A DNA stretch of 34,070 nucleotides, taken from IMG/VR virus record IMGVR_UViG_3300037506_000046, positions 1 through 34,070 of that record; one strand, 5' to 3'. Of this stretch, positions 8,563 through 17,855 are shown piece after piece. The DNA is from a virus. Taxonomy: Duplodnaviria; Caudoviricetes. The position numbers and the translations under genes are program-made. Position 1 is the first letter of the stretch. Every line of letters starts with the position of its first letter. A model generated the notes under the pieces. That model saw nothing but the letters and a program-made list of their open reading frames with translations. It searched no databases and had not been told where the DNA came from.

Positions 8563-9588
8563 TTAAAATGCTGTGAGACCGATTACCAGGTGCTGCGGTG
8601 CAGCTATCTGTGTACCGGCTTTCAAATGAATCTGGCGTTTCCACACATTATCATCATCACTCCACCAAATCCTTACTGCTTCGTTTCTTTTAGGCCCTCC
8701 GCCATATTTACTGTCGGCTCCATACAGGAAGTTGCCCTGCAGGGTCAGAATAACGGCATGAGCATCTGTGCCGCCATTCAAAGCAGCCAGAATGCCATCC
8801 CATTTTTTGGGTTTAACCAAAATCCCTTTTTTATAAAGGATGGGCTTGCCGCTCATTCTTTCAGTCATTACAGTATGTCCTGACTGAATCAGGTAGTCAT
8901 GATATGCTTCGGCCAGATCATCATTGACATAGAATACTTTCATACTCTTGTCAAAGAATTTCATTATGCCATCCTGACGATCAAAAGCATCCTGTAAGGC
9001 TGCGTTTGCCTGTGCAGGTGTTAAAGGGCCGTCAGGCAGTACGTATGTCTGTCCGGCCGGAATTGTTCCGTCAGTAATATAACGGGCAATCCATGTGAAT
9101 ACACCGTCAAACTTATTCCAACTCCAGATGCCATTTACATCTGATGCACGGCTTACATCGCCGAAATATTTATTAGTGTACAGGTCGGTAGCCACACCCT
9201 TTTCAAGCGTTGGCATAACCCTTTCACCGAAGATGTCAAAATTCTGCTGTTCGTAATCAGAGAATGCACCCTGATAGAACTCTTCCTGGCAATCTTCTAC
9301 TGCTGCATACAGCTTTTCAGTAGTGATATACCTTGCGCCTAAACGGGCAACAGGTGAGTATATCAACTTACAGGTTGCATCCCTGCGCTTCAGGACGTTT
9401 TGACCACCAAACAAGTCCATGATAGGACGTTGGTAAACCACATCATCCAATATCTGCCAATCGCCTTCTTCATTGGAAGGGATGGTAACCTGGCCGGTTT
9501 CTGAATCCAGCACATCGCCAAACTGAGGCATTACAATAAGCTCATGGAAGGCTTTCGGCTCTACTCTGAATGGTATTAATTCGGGCAT
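8563..9588 (-). CDS. Major capsid protein (341 aa)
   Basis: Size and position after the protease; DCQEEF, KFDGVF, NFLYGAD and RIWWSDDD...QIHLKAGTQI motifs typical of an HK97-fold capsid. Confidence 0.8.
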   Translation of the reverse strand: MPELIPFRVEPKAFHELIVMPQFGDVLDSETGQVTIPSNEEGDWQILDDVVYQRPIMDLFGGQNVLKRRDATCKLIYSPVARLGARYITTEKLYAAVEDCQEEFYQGAFSDYEQQNFDIFGERVMPTLEKGVATDLYTNKYFGDVSRASDVNGIWSWNKFDGVFTWIARYITDGTIPAGQTYVLPDGPLTPAQANAALQDAFDRQDGIMKFFDKSMKVFYVNDDLAEAYHDYLIQSGHTVMTERMSGKPILYKKGILVKPKKWDGILAALNGGTDAHAVILTLQGNFLYGADSKYGGGPKRNEAVRIWWSDDDNVWKRQIHLKAGTQIAAPQHLVIGLTAF

Positions 9589-9615
9589 CGTATAAAAATT
9601 TAAAAAGGTTAGTGA

Positions 9616-9990
9616 TTATTTTTCCATGTCCAGATTACCGGACTGTTTCAAAGTTGTTACTTCATGCACACTGCCATCCCGTTGGCCGTTCTTTGCAGAA
9701 ACAACAGTGGCAATAATTGAAACACCCTCTGTTTTATTGATACCTGCGGCAAGGCTTATTACAACATTGTTGGGAGCTACTCCAATGGCAGCTTCTTTCT
9801 TATTGCCGAACCGGTCAAATACGGTAATGTTTACTGATTTACGGCTATCTCCTGCCGGATAAGTTGAATTATCCGTAATGGTCAAATCGCTTGTTCCGCT
9901 GTTATAGGAAAATGCAACGGAAGCCGCCACACCCAGGCCGGGGGCTTTTTGCGGATAGTCAAGTACGTTTGAGTTATCTATTGCTTTCAT
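9616..9990 (-). CDS. Candidate head decoration protein (124 aa)
   Basis: Small, beta-rich, between the protease and capsid genes (lambda gpD-like position). Confidence 0.45.
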   Translation of the reverse strand: MKAIDNSNVLDYPQKAPGLGVAASVAFSYNSGTSDLTITDNSTYPAGDSRKSVNITVFDRFGNKKEAAIGVAPNNVVISLAAGINKTEGVSIIATVVSAKNGQRDGSVHEVTTLKQSGNLDMEK

Positions 9991-10011
9991 GTGAAAGAAT
10001 TTTTAAAGTGA

Positions 10012-11130
10012 TTAATTGTTTTCAGAAAACCATTCTACGTTTGAAAACCGGTTGCGTGGATTACCTGTTTTATTGTTTTTATTCTTATTTTCTCCTGAAC
10101 CCGGATTGCCAAGTTTATTTACAATAGCATCCTTCAATCCGTCCAAAGAGTTTTTCAGATCATCTTTTGAAACACAGTTTTTCAACGCTTCAGTAACAGT
10201 GTTTTTAAATGCTTCAGGCGTTTCCTTCAACGCTTCAGTAACGACATTTTTTATTTTTTCATCAACACCATCACCTACACCTTTCAGCGATTCTGTGATC
10301 GCATTTGTGATAGCAGTTGCAAAGTCCTTACCTGCATTTTCAGCGGCGGCATTTTCTTCTTTTTTGATTCCAAGTTTGTTTAGCAGGGAATCAAAAGCGG
10401 TATTCACGGCGTTTTCAATTGTTTCGCCTATTTTTTTCAGGTCCATACTTGAGTTGTTTGATGTGAACGAATTATATGCATTGAGTACGGCCGTATTCTG
10501 ATACGGCCAATGCTCAGGCTTTATTGAATTTGAAAAATTTTGAGAACCAGTTACATTTTTGATAAAGCCTTTCTCTTTGGCTTCTTTTGCAGTCATCCAG
10601 GTCTCTTTGTTCATCAAAGCAGATACCTGTTCCGGCTCCTGTCCGCTTACGTTGGCATAAAAATCACGGATAGCATTGTTGAATTTCCGCATTGTTTTGG
10701 CATAGTTCTCAATGACTACCACATCGCCCCAAATACCCCCCTGTACGTTGTGAACCATGAACCAGCTATTCTCTGTCATGCTGGAATTTTTACCAACTAC
10801 CAGATAAGTAGCTGCACTGGCAACAATACCACGGCCAACCCTGTTGACTGTAATTCCTTTGTTTTCCAGCTCAACCAAATAGTCATGCATTGCCATTGCA
10901 TCACCCACATGGCCACCACCTGAATTAACATACAGGTTTATGATTTTTGGGTTTGCTTTTTCAATCTGGTTGCGGAGGGATTTGAATGATACCGATGTTT
11001 CATCTCCCCAAAACTCTTTCAGTATCTCCTGAGTGGGAGCATCAACGATATAGCCGTCAATGTTTATATCAACGGTTGAATCGTTCTGATTCCTGAATGA
11101 ATAATTGAAAAGTGAAAGGGTCTGTTTCAT
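10012..11130 (-). CDS. ClpP-like prohead protease with C-terminal scaffold-like extension
   Basis: VNSGGG, IVASAAT (catalytic Ser), FMVHN and ETWMTAKEAKEKGF motifs; about 150-aa helical tail; start at ATG 11130. Confidence 0.9.
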   Translation of the reverse strand: MKQTLSLFNYSFRNQNDSTVDINIDGYIVDAPTQEILKEFWGDETSVSFKSLRNQIEKANPKIINLYVNSGGGHVGDAMAMHDYLVELENKGITVNRVGRGIVASAATYLVVGKNSSMTENSWFMVHNVQGGIWGDVVVIENYAKTMRKFNNAIRDFYANVSGQEPEQVSALMNKETWMTAKEAKEKGFIKNVTGSQNFSNSIKPEHWPYQNTAVLNAYNSFTSNNSSMDLKKIGETIENAVNTAFDSLLNKLGIKKEENAAAENAGKDFATAITNAITESLKGVGDGVDEKIKNVVTEALKETPEAFKNTVTEALKNCVSKDDLKNSLDGLKDAIVNKLGNPGSGENKNKNNKTGNPRNRFSNVEWFSENN

Positions 11131-11166
11131 ATACAGACCCAAAATTGTAATTTAAAATAACTGAAA

Positions 11167-11418
11167 TCAAGTTATTTTAACTAAAGTGTAACCAGTAGCG
11201 GTACATTTCTCACAACGTACCTGTGCCACCCGGCGGGTAACTGATAACCTGTTTCCGATTTGATTCAATGATAAGCCACGACTTTTTAGCATACAAATCT
11301 TTGCCGACAGAACAGCATCATGGCCTATCAGTTCAACAAAAGTCGCCCAATCAACTAATGCCAGTTGTTGTAATTCTTTGTCCAGTTCCGTATAGTATTT
11401 GTCAAGGTTTTTTGCCAT
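11167..11418 (-). CDS. Small helix-turn-helix protein (83 aa)
   Basis: LKSRGLSLNQIGNRLSVTRRVA resembles a sigma region-4/LuxR-type HTH. Confidence 0.6.
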   Translation of the reverse strand: MAKNLDKYYTELDKELQQLALVDWATFVELIGHDAVLSAKICMLKSRGLSLNQIGNRLSVTRRVAQVRCEKCTATGYTLVKIT

Positions 11419-12080
11419 TATGGTGGAGTGATGATTAAGCTTGAATTATTATAGGGGCGAATATCAAATACTGATGTACCGTTTTGGCTAATGTTACAAA
11501 CGGCTTGTGAGTATCCTTTAACCAGAGAAAAAGAAGAGTTGTTTCCGGTGTAGGTAGTGTTTGAACTACCCCGTACTATTGTATGAAGGATAGTTGTATC
11601 ATTAGCAATCACATCTCCTGTTGTCTGATCGTTATATTCAACCTGTGCAATTGAATTATTACCAGCCGTAACATTCAATTCCGCCTGTCCGTATGCTTTG
11701 ATTTCAGCATAGGCATTGTCAGAAAGATTTACTGACAATATTCCTGCACCCATGACAGCAATCTTCCTTCTTGAATTTCCGGTAAGATTTACAGTTACAG
11801 TAGCACCGGCCATGACATATATATCAATAGCCGGGTCATTGAGTATGGTAACACCAGATGAATAAACTCCCTTTGCATTGAGATTGGCCTGATTGAACTC
11901 AGCTAATAAAGCATCATCAACTACACCATTGCAGTAAACCCATGTAGCTATACCAATGCCCGAATCAATTAACTCATTTTCATTAGTAGAAATAAGAGTA
12001 TCCTGAATGAACTCACAAAGCTCCCTTGGCTTTGTATTGTCAATGATGGCCTGTTTTAGTTGTGCGAATGTTAGTGGCAT
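11418..12080 (-). CDS. Hypothetical protein with degenerate 10-aa beta-solenoid repeats (220 aa)
   Basis: About 13 units such as LSDNAYAEIK/AYGQAELNVT/AGNNSIAQVE/VRGSSNTTYT. Confidence 0.65.
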   Translation of the reverse strand: MPLTFAQLKQAIIDNTKPRELCEFIQDTLISTNENELIDSGIGIATWVYCNGVVDDALLAEFNQANLNAKGVYSSGVTILNDPAIDIYVMAGATVTVNLTGNSRRKIAVMGAGILSVNLSDNAYAEIKAYGQAELNVTAGNNSIAQVEYNDQTTGDVIANDTTILHTIVRGSSNTTYTGNNSSFSLVKGYSQAVCNISQNGTSVFDIRPYNNSSLIITPP

Positions 12081-12082
12081 AG

Positions 12083-15000
12083 TTATAATGTTCCTATTTC
12101 AGCAGCTTTTTTATCCTTTGTATTTTGTGCATCTACTTCCTTGGCAACAACAACGACTTTCAGTTTGTCAATACGGTCATTAGTGGCAGCAACACTTCCT
12201 GCAACTGTAGCCACCATTTTAAGTACATTATTCATTGCATCAGTTCCTGAATTACTGTTACCTGGTGACAGGAATGAAGATGGATTAGCAGGTGGCCGGA
12301 GATTTGAACCAAGATTACCTCCATACTCCAGTTTGCGGATAGCGGCGCCACCGGCAAAGCGAACACCGCCACCCCATTCGTTAATGGCAGATGCTATCTG
12401 CCTGGGAGTACCGGTTACTGAAAGTTTCTGATTTGACTTTGCTGATCTTTTATTGACTATGGCCAACTCTTCACCTTCGGCCTCATAGTTGAATGGCACA
12501 CCACCTTCGGAATGTGAAGGACCTGTTATATCTCCTCCATTTTTCGGCATACCGCCCCGGGCAAACTTTGTATTTTTAATAGCAGCTCTTTGAACCGCAT
12601 ACAATATACCCAAACCTGCAACCGGTATTAATGAGAATGGAAAAGGATAGGCTGCCAGTGTTTTTACAACGGCAATGGCGAAGTCCAAAGTCAATTGCTG
12701 CAATGCAATCTTTTTCTTTTCCTCTCCGGCTTGCTTTTCAGCCTCTTTTCTTTTGGCTTCAAACTGGCGGCGAATGCTTTCTTTTTCTGATTCTGATTGT
12801 GCAAATGATTCTAATTGAGATTGCTCAATATCCAATCTTTCCAGTGCTGCCTGCTTGGCATCATCAACCTCTTGGCGTTTGTTATCAAAGAATGCCTGCT
12901 TTGCTTCATTAACAGCTTGTTTGATAGTTTCAGAAGCTGCCGCAATAGCTGCACCAATCTCTTCCTGTGATGCTTTTATCCCCTTGAAAAAGCCAGTCAG
13001 ATTATTCACTATATCCTTGAATCCCTGCTTTAATTTTTGCAAATAAGATAACTCCTGATTCGATGCAAATTGAGCATAGGCCAATTCAGCTTGCTTCAAT
13101 CTCTTCTTTGCTTCTGATACTTCAATCTCTGTTGCAAGTCCATCCTTCAATGCCTTTTCTTTTGCTTCCAATGCAATCTTAGCAGCGGCAACTTCACCGG
13201 CCAATATCTCTTTAGTTTCTGCAAGCTGAATTTTCTTTATTTCAATAGCCTTTTGCCTTGCTGTCAATTCACTATTGAGTACATCAATAGTTCGCTGTGC
13301 TGCTCTTGTTTCAGCATCGTTTCTGAACTTATCTGTCGCCTCCTGTTGTAATCGTAGCTGCTCATTATAAGTTTCAACAGCTTGCTCATATCTTTTGCGG
13401 CGAAGCTCCCGGTCAATATCATAAATAGCATCCGCCCTGGCCTGTTCATTTTCTTCCGACTTCTTTCCAAACCTTTTTTCCAAAGCATCCATCTCTTTAT
13501 TGTAGGAAACCTGAATATCTTTTCTTTTATTCAGCAGGTCAATCTCTGCCTTAATTCGCTGTAGATTAGTTGCCTTCGGGTCATCGTCAATGGCATTCTT
13601 TATTCGTTCCGCTGTGGCTGTAGCTACATCAAAACGTCTTTCAGCGGCTTCTTTTTCAATCTCAAACAGCCTGTCATTGGCTTCAACAGTGCTTTTAGCT
13701 AAATCGTTATTAAAACCTATTCGTTTTTGTTCCTCTTCTTTATCCTTTTGAATGGTCAATAATAATTTTTTATCCCTGTAATTTTTATCAAGAGTTAGTA
13801 CATTTTCATTAAAATCCTTCTCAGTAATCAGCTTATCGCTAAGAAGCGTTTCAAGCATTTTCCTTTCTTTCTCATACTGTGCTTTGAGTGCTTCAATTTT
13901 TGACTTTGTTTTCTTATCGGTAGTTGCTTTTATCTCTGCATCAGCCCGGCCGCCCAACTTACTCAACTCGGTTTCAGTTGTCGCTGATAATTCAAGTAAT
14001 GCTTTGAGTTTTTTCTGTTCCTCTGTCTCTACAATAGGAGTAAGATTCAGTGGCCTGTTGAGTTGCGCTGTTACTCCAGTCTGATCTCTTAAATCTCCAC
14101 GTTGCAGATCGGCCATTTCTTTGTTGAACTTCTTCCTGCTCTCAAAGTGTTGCTTTTGCGCTTCAGCCATCTCCTTATTCTGCTCATCAGCCTCTTCCTT
14201 GTTAAATAATTGGAGAGTTGGATTCTTTTTAAACAGTTCTTTTAATGAATCTTTGATAGCCTCACTTCTTGCTGATAGTAAAATGGCTGTACGTAGTTTG
14301 TTATATGATTGTTCAGCCTGGCCATTAAGAATAATCTCATCCTTTAGGTTTTTGAAGTAGGCTGGAAATGTTTTTTGCAACTCATCAACTGCTTCTTTCC
14401 TTGCTTTTAATGGTATGTTCGCATTGGTTGCTGTTTTATACAATTGTTCAAGCGTAGCTAACTGTGATGAAGCTCCTTCTTTTGCTTTTTCCTGAACTTC
14501 ATTAAACAGTTTTTGCTTAATAGCAATATCATCTAAGGCTTTTGATCCTTTGAATAATCCAGAAACCCAATTAGCAATATCCTTTCCATATACAGTCAGT
14601 ACGGTCAATCCCAAGAGCAAACCGGTTTGAAAGGAGAAAACACTTTTCAATATGGTATTAAAAGCTGCCCGGCCACTTCCTAACTCCGTTCTCAATGCTT
14701 TGAAATTATCTGCCAGGATAGGAAGGTTGTTTGAAATGGCTGAAAAATAAACATTCACACCATTAGCAATTGAAGGCGTTTCCCTTAAAACCTGCTGCAT
14801 GGAGAATTGAGCTTGTGCGGCCCTTGTTGATTGAAATGCCACCTTTTCAATTTGAACACCGGCATTTTCCAGCGGCCTGATCATTCCTTCAAACTCCGCT
14901 CTTGCAGCCTTTGCCGCCGGATGTGTTTTACCAAGTGTTTGTTCTAATTGCGTAGCTCGTTGATTTGCCCGTTCAAAAGCGGTAACGGCTTTTTCAATTT

Positions 15001-15532
15001 CAGGAGTTAACCCTTGAACCACTACTTTGTAATTACCTATATTCTTTGTCCTTAATGTTTCTGCATCTGCATTTTTAAGTATAAAATTGTTTGCCTTCTC
15101 AATAGCTTTATTGTAGCTTTCATTCAAACGTCTTCCTTCCTCTGTGGCAAGATTTAATTTCTTTTTTTCAAGGGTGTATTTATTGATTAACAATTGCGCC
15201 CTTTGTAACGAATTTCGTTCGGAAGCATCCAGCTGAGCTTGCAACTTTATTTCCTTGTTTAGCCTTTCCCTTTCAATACGCTGGTTAGCTATTTCTTTCG
15301 TCATTGTCTTTTGCAAGCCAATAGCCGTTGTAGTTGCGCCTGTATTTTTTACAGAATCAGTAACCCCCTTATTAATGCTTTCGGCAACTGTTGAACCGAC
15401 AGATTTTAACTGTTTAACCTTTTGGTCAAGTGTGGTAATAGATTTTGTAATGCTGTCAACTGCTTTCACAGCACTATCGCCACCCAATACCTTCAGGTTG
15501 TATATCCGTTCAAGTGTTTTTGTTTGTGCCAT
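12083..15532 (-). CDS. Tail tape measure protein (1149 aa)
   Basis: Long Ala/Lys/Glu-rich helical protein; RETPS...FSAISNNLPILAD and KFARGG...GPSHSEGGV...EAEGEE motifs. Confidence 0.92.
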   Translation of the reverse strand: MAQTKTLERIYNLKVLGGDSAVKAVDSITKSITTLDQKVKQLKSVGSTVAESINKGVTDSVKNTGATTTAIGLQKTMTKEIANQRIERERLNKEIKLQAQLDASERNSLQRAQLLINKYTLEKKKLNLATEEGRRLNESYNKAIEKANNFILKNADAETLRTKNIGNYKVVVQGLTPEIEKAVTAFERANQRATQLEQTLGKTHPAAKAARAEFEGMIRPLENAGVQIEKVAFQSTRAAQAQFSMQQVLRETPSIANGVNVYFSAISNNLPILADNFKALRTELGSGRAAFNTILKSVFSFQTGLLLGLTVLTVYGKDIANWVSGLFKGSKALDDIAIKQKLFNEVQEKAKEGASSQLATLEQLYKTATNANIPLKARKEAVDELQKTFPAYFKNLKDEIILNGQAEQSYNKLRTAILLSARSEAIKDSLKELFKKNPTLQLFNKEEADEQNKEMAEAQKQHFESRKKFNKEMADLQRGDLRDQTGVTAQLNRPLNLTPIVETEEQKKLKALLELSATTETELSKLGGRADAEIKATTDKKTKSKIEALKAQYEKERKMLETLLSDKLITEKDFNENVLTLDKNYRDKKLLLTIQKDKEEEQKRIGFNNDLAKSTVEANDRLFEIEKEAAERRFDVATATAERIKNAIDDDPKATNLQRIKAEIDLLNKRKDIQVSYNKEMDALEKRFGKKSEENEQARADAIYDIDRELRRKRYEQAVETYNEQLRLQQEATDKFRNDAETRAAQRTIDVLNSELTARQKAIEIKKIQLAETKEILAGEVAAAKIALEAKEKALKDGLATEIEVSEAKKRLKQAELAYAQFASNQELSYLQKLKQGFKDIVNNLTGFFKGIKASQEEIGAAIAAASETIKQAVNEAKQAFFDNKRQEVDDAKQAALERLDIEQSQLESFAQSESEKESIRRQFEAKRKEAEKQAGEEKKKIALQQLTLDFAIAVVKTLAAYPFPFSLIPVAGLGILYAVQRAAIKNTKFARGGMPKNGGDITGPSHSEGGVPFNYEAEGEELAIVNKRSAKSNQKLSVTGTPRQIASAINEWGGGVRFAGGAAIRKLEYGGNLGSNLRPPANPSSFLSPGNSNSGTDAMNNVLKMVATVAGSVAATNDRIDKLKVVVVAKEVDAQNTKDKKAAEIGTL

Positions 15533-15533
15533 A

Positions 15534-17855
15534 TTATGAAGGAATATCTGTGGTTAAACATTTTAATTGTGCATACTTAGTATCATAGTCGCCGTTTACT
15601 GTGCCGTTTAATACACTGTCATCAGTCGGGTAAGTATTATTTGCATCATCAATCGAAACAGCAGCCCATTTTCTTAACAGGCAAAATGTGCTTTCATCTT
15701 TCAATGGCAGATAGCCTTTTATCTGAATAAGTTCCCAGCGTTGCCCTGCATACGATTTATATTCCCGGTGTAATTGCCCTGCGACATCTGCATTTTTGAG
15801 CCTGAACCATGTATTATAGAACTGACCATTGCGCATAATGGCCATTCTCTGCCAATAGAACCTTTTTAATAAACCATACCCAATATTGCCGTCTATCTTT
15901 TCATCTGAATAGGAAAGGATAGGGTCACTTTCTCCACCATTTTTATAATTCACCGCAAACATGAATGGCAGTGTAGCATACTCAACGCCGTCAAATTTCC
16001 ATCCACCTACTCCTGCAATATTTCCTTTATAGTAACATGATTTAGGAACGAATGTATTGGCCGATTCGCTGTTTGATGTGTTGCTTATGTTTTCTGGAAT
16101 AAGACAAACCAATTGAGGTGATACCCCGGTAATATCTTTCCACTGATCAAATTCACAGTGCATGACCGGCGAAAAGAACCTGTTTTCAATTTCTTTTTTC
16201 CCGGCTTTGAACCTATCTGGGAAAATATATTTACCTGCAGCCAGCGTAGTGATATTCCTGTCTGTTATTTTTTTAAGAATACCATCGTTGCTATCCTCTT
16301 TGTATTTGAATAAAACTTCTTTCTCATAATCACTGTAATTATCCATCTTCCACTCCTTACTCAGGTCTTCCTTTCCATTCCAGTCAATAAAATCATTCTT
16401 AAAGTAACCTGGCTGAGTAGCGATTAATGAATTGTTGGTTGAATAGGGGTGTGTAGGCTCGAAGTAAACAACCTTGTTGACAGGATCCGTGTTGACGGAC
16501 AGGTTGAACTCATCTATAATTCCACGGAGATAATCAATGAATTTGTATTTTTTGAATCCGGTGTAATTTTCAAAGTCAATAACACCACCCAAAGGAATCC
16601 TGAAATAATCCAATTGGAATTGCAGGATATTAGCCTTTGCAGATGCGTTACCTATTTTTGATTCAAAAATGTGCAGATATATTTTTGCTGTAATCTCATC
16701 ATTAGGATTTACGGTTGCAGTTGCAAACATTTCCTTTACTTCTATTAGACTACCGCCTACACCTGATGAGGATTTCTGTGCAATCAGATTTCCGTTTCCG
16801 TTATATGCACCCCAACCGCTATCAAACTGCACACCATTCTTTCTCCATTGCACCCGCAGCTCTACATCTGAGTTACCAGAGGCATATAAATCATAGCTTA
16901 TTGTCATGCTGAATGTAGATTCCAAGGTGCCATAGTGAGGAGTATTATACTTCCACTTCATTTCAGCAAGTGGATTACTGTAAGTATAATCACCATTCGG
17001 AACGGTATTATTGTTGTCAAACATTCCCGGGCTGTAATCATCAGAAACCAATAAATCCCAAATAATGCTGATTGAACCATTTGAACCTTCGTAGAATACA
17101 TCCTGCAGGCTCTTAGCCCTGAATTTATGAATCTCAAACCTTGTTCCTTCCGAACTCAGGAAACTACCCCATGTCCAGGGCATGACCTGACGGCGGAAAT
17201 AGGGCAGGCTAAAGAAGTTTGATTGAATTTTATAACCCAATGATTTGAAAGCCCAATAGAGAATCCAATACTTACTGATTGATGGCTTCATATAGATTGG
17301 AGCCACATCATCATCTCTTTGATTCACCGGGTCAAACTTATCACGGTATCTTACCGGCGCAAACACATACGGCAATGCTTCATTCGTCCCGTCAAATACC
17401 CAAGAGTTGATTATGTTAGCCTGATTAAAGGTGAAATTGATATGTTTCAGGAAGTCAAATAAGGTAGCTTCTTTAAGGTCAACTAACCAGTCTGCATTAT
17501 CTCCATAGAAATTGAACTCATACTCTTGCGGTCTATTGGTATGGCTGGCACTTACCAGAAATGCCTTTCCCACTAATAGCTCCTGCCCTCCAGCTTCAAT
17601 AATAGCCGGTTGGTGGGAGCGGAACACCTCGCCTGAAGTCAGGTCGTTTATATCCGGATTACGAAACGTGTTTGCCAGTTGGTCGTTATTTGGATTGGCA
17701 GGTATTTTTACATTAAAAGATTCAGCGGACTTCTTTTTTTGAAAGTTATCAGGATCTTCCAATGAGTAGTCAATGGCAACAGGAATATCTTCAGGTGACT
17801 TCACCTGCACCTGCCTTCCGCCAATGGTAATATTCAGGTATCGTTTATCTGCCAT
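15534..17855 (-). CDS. Tail tip/baseplate hub-like structural protein (773 aa)
   Basis: IPVAIDYSLED...ESFNVKIPA..NN N-terminus and FIDYLRGIIDEFNL...YFEP...DW..K pattern; adjacent to the tape measure gene. Confidence 0.7.
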   Translation of the reverse strand: MADKRYLNITIGGRQVQVKSPEDIPVAIDYSLEDPDNFQKKKSAESFNVKIPANPNNDQLANTFRNPDINDLTSGEVFRSHQPAIIEAGGQELLVGKAFLVSASHTNRPQEYEFNFYGDNADWLVDLKEATLFDFLKHINFTFNQANIINSWVFDGTNEALPYVFAPVRYRDKFDPVNQRDDDVAPIYMKPSISKYWILYWAFKSLGYKIQSNFFSLPYFRRQVMPWTWGSFLSSEGTRFEIHKFRAKSLQDVFYEGSNGSISIIWDLLVSDDYSPGMFDNNNTVPNGDYTYSNPLAEMKWKYNTPHYGTLESTFSMTISYDLYASGNSDVELRVQWRKNGVQFDSGWGAYNGNGNLIAQKSSSGVGGSLIEVKEMFATATVNPNDEITAKIYLHIFESKIGNASAKANILQFQLDYFRIPLGGVIDFENYTGFKKYKFIDYLRGIIDEFNLSVNTDPVNKVVYFEPTHPYSTNNSLIATQPGYFKNDFIDWNGKEDLSKEWKMDNYSDYEKEVLFKYKEDSNDGILKKITDRNITTLAAGKYIFPDRFKAGKKEIENRFFSPVMHCEFDQWKDITGVSPQLVCLIPENISNTSNSESANTFVPKSCYYKGNIAGVGGWKFDGVEYATLPFMFAVNYKNGGESDPILSYSDEKIDGNIGYGLLKRFYWQRMAIMRNGQFYNTWFRLKNADVAGQLHREYKSYAGQRWELIQIKGYLPLKDESTFCLLRKWAAVSIDDANNTYPTDDSVLNGTVNGDYDTKYAQLKCLTTDIPS

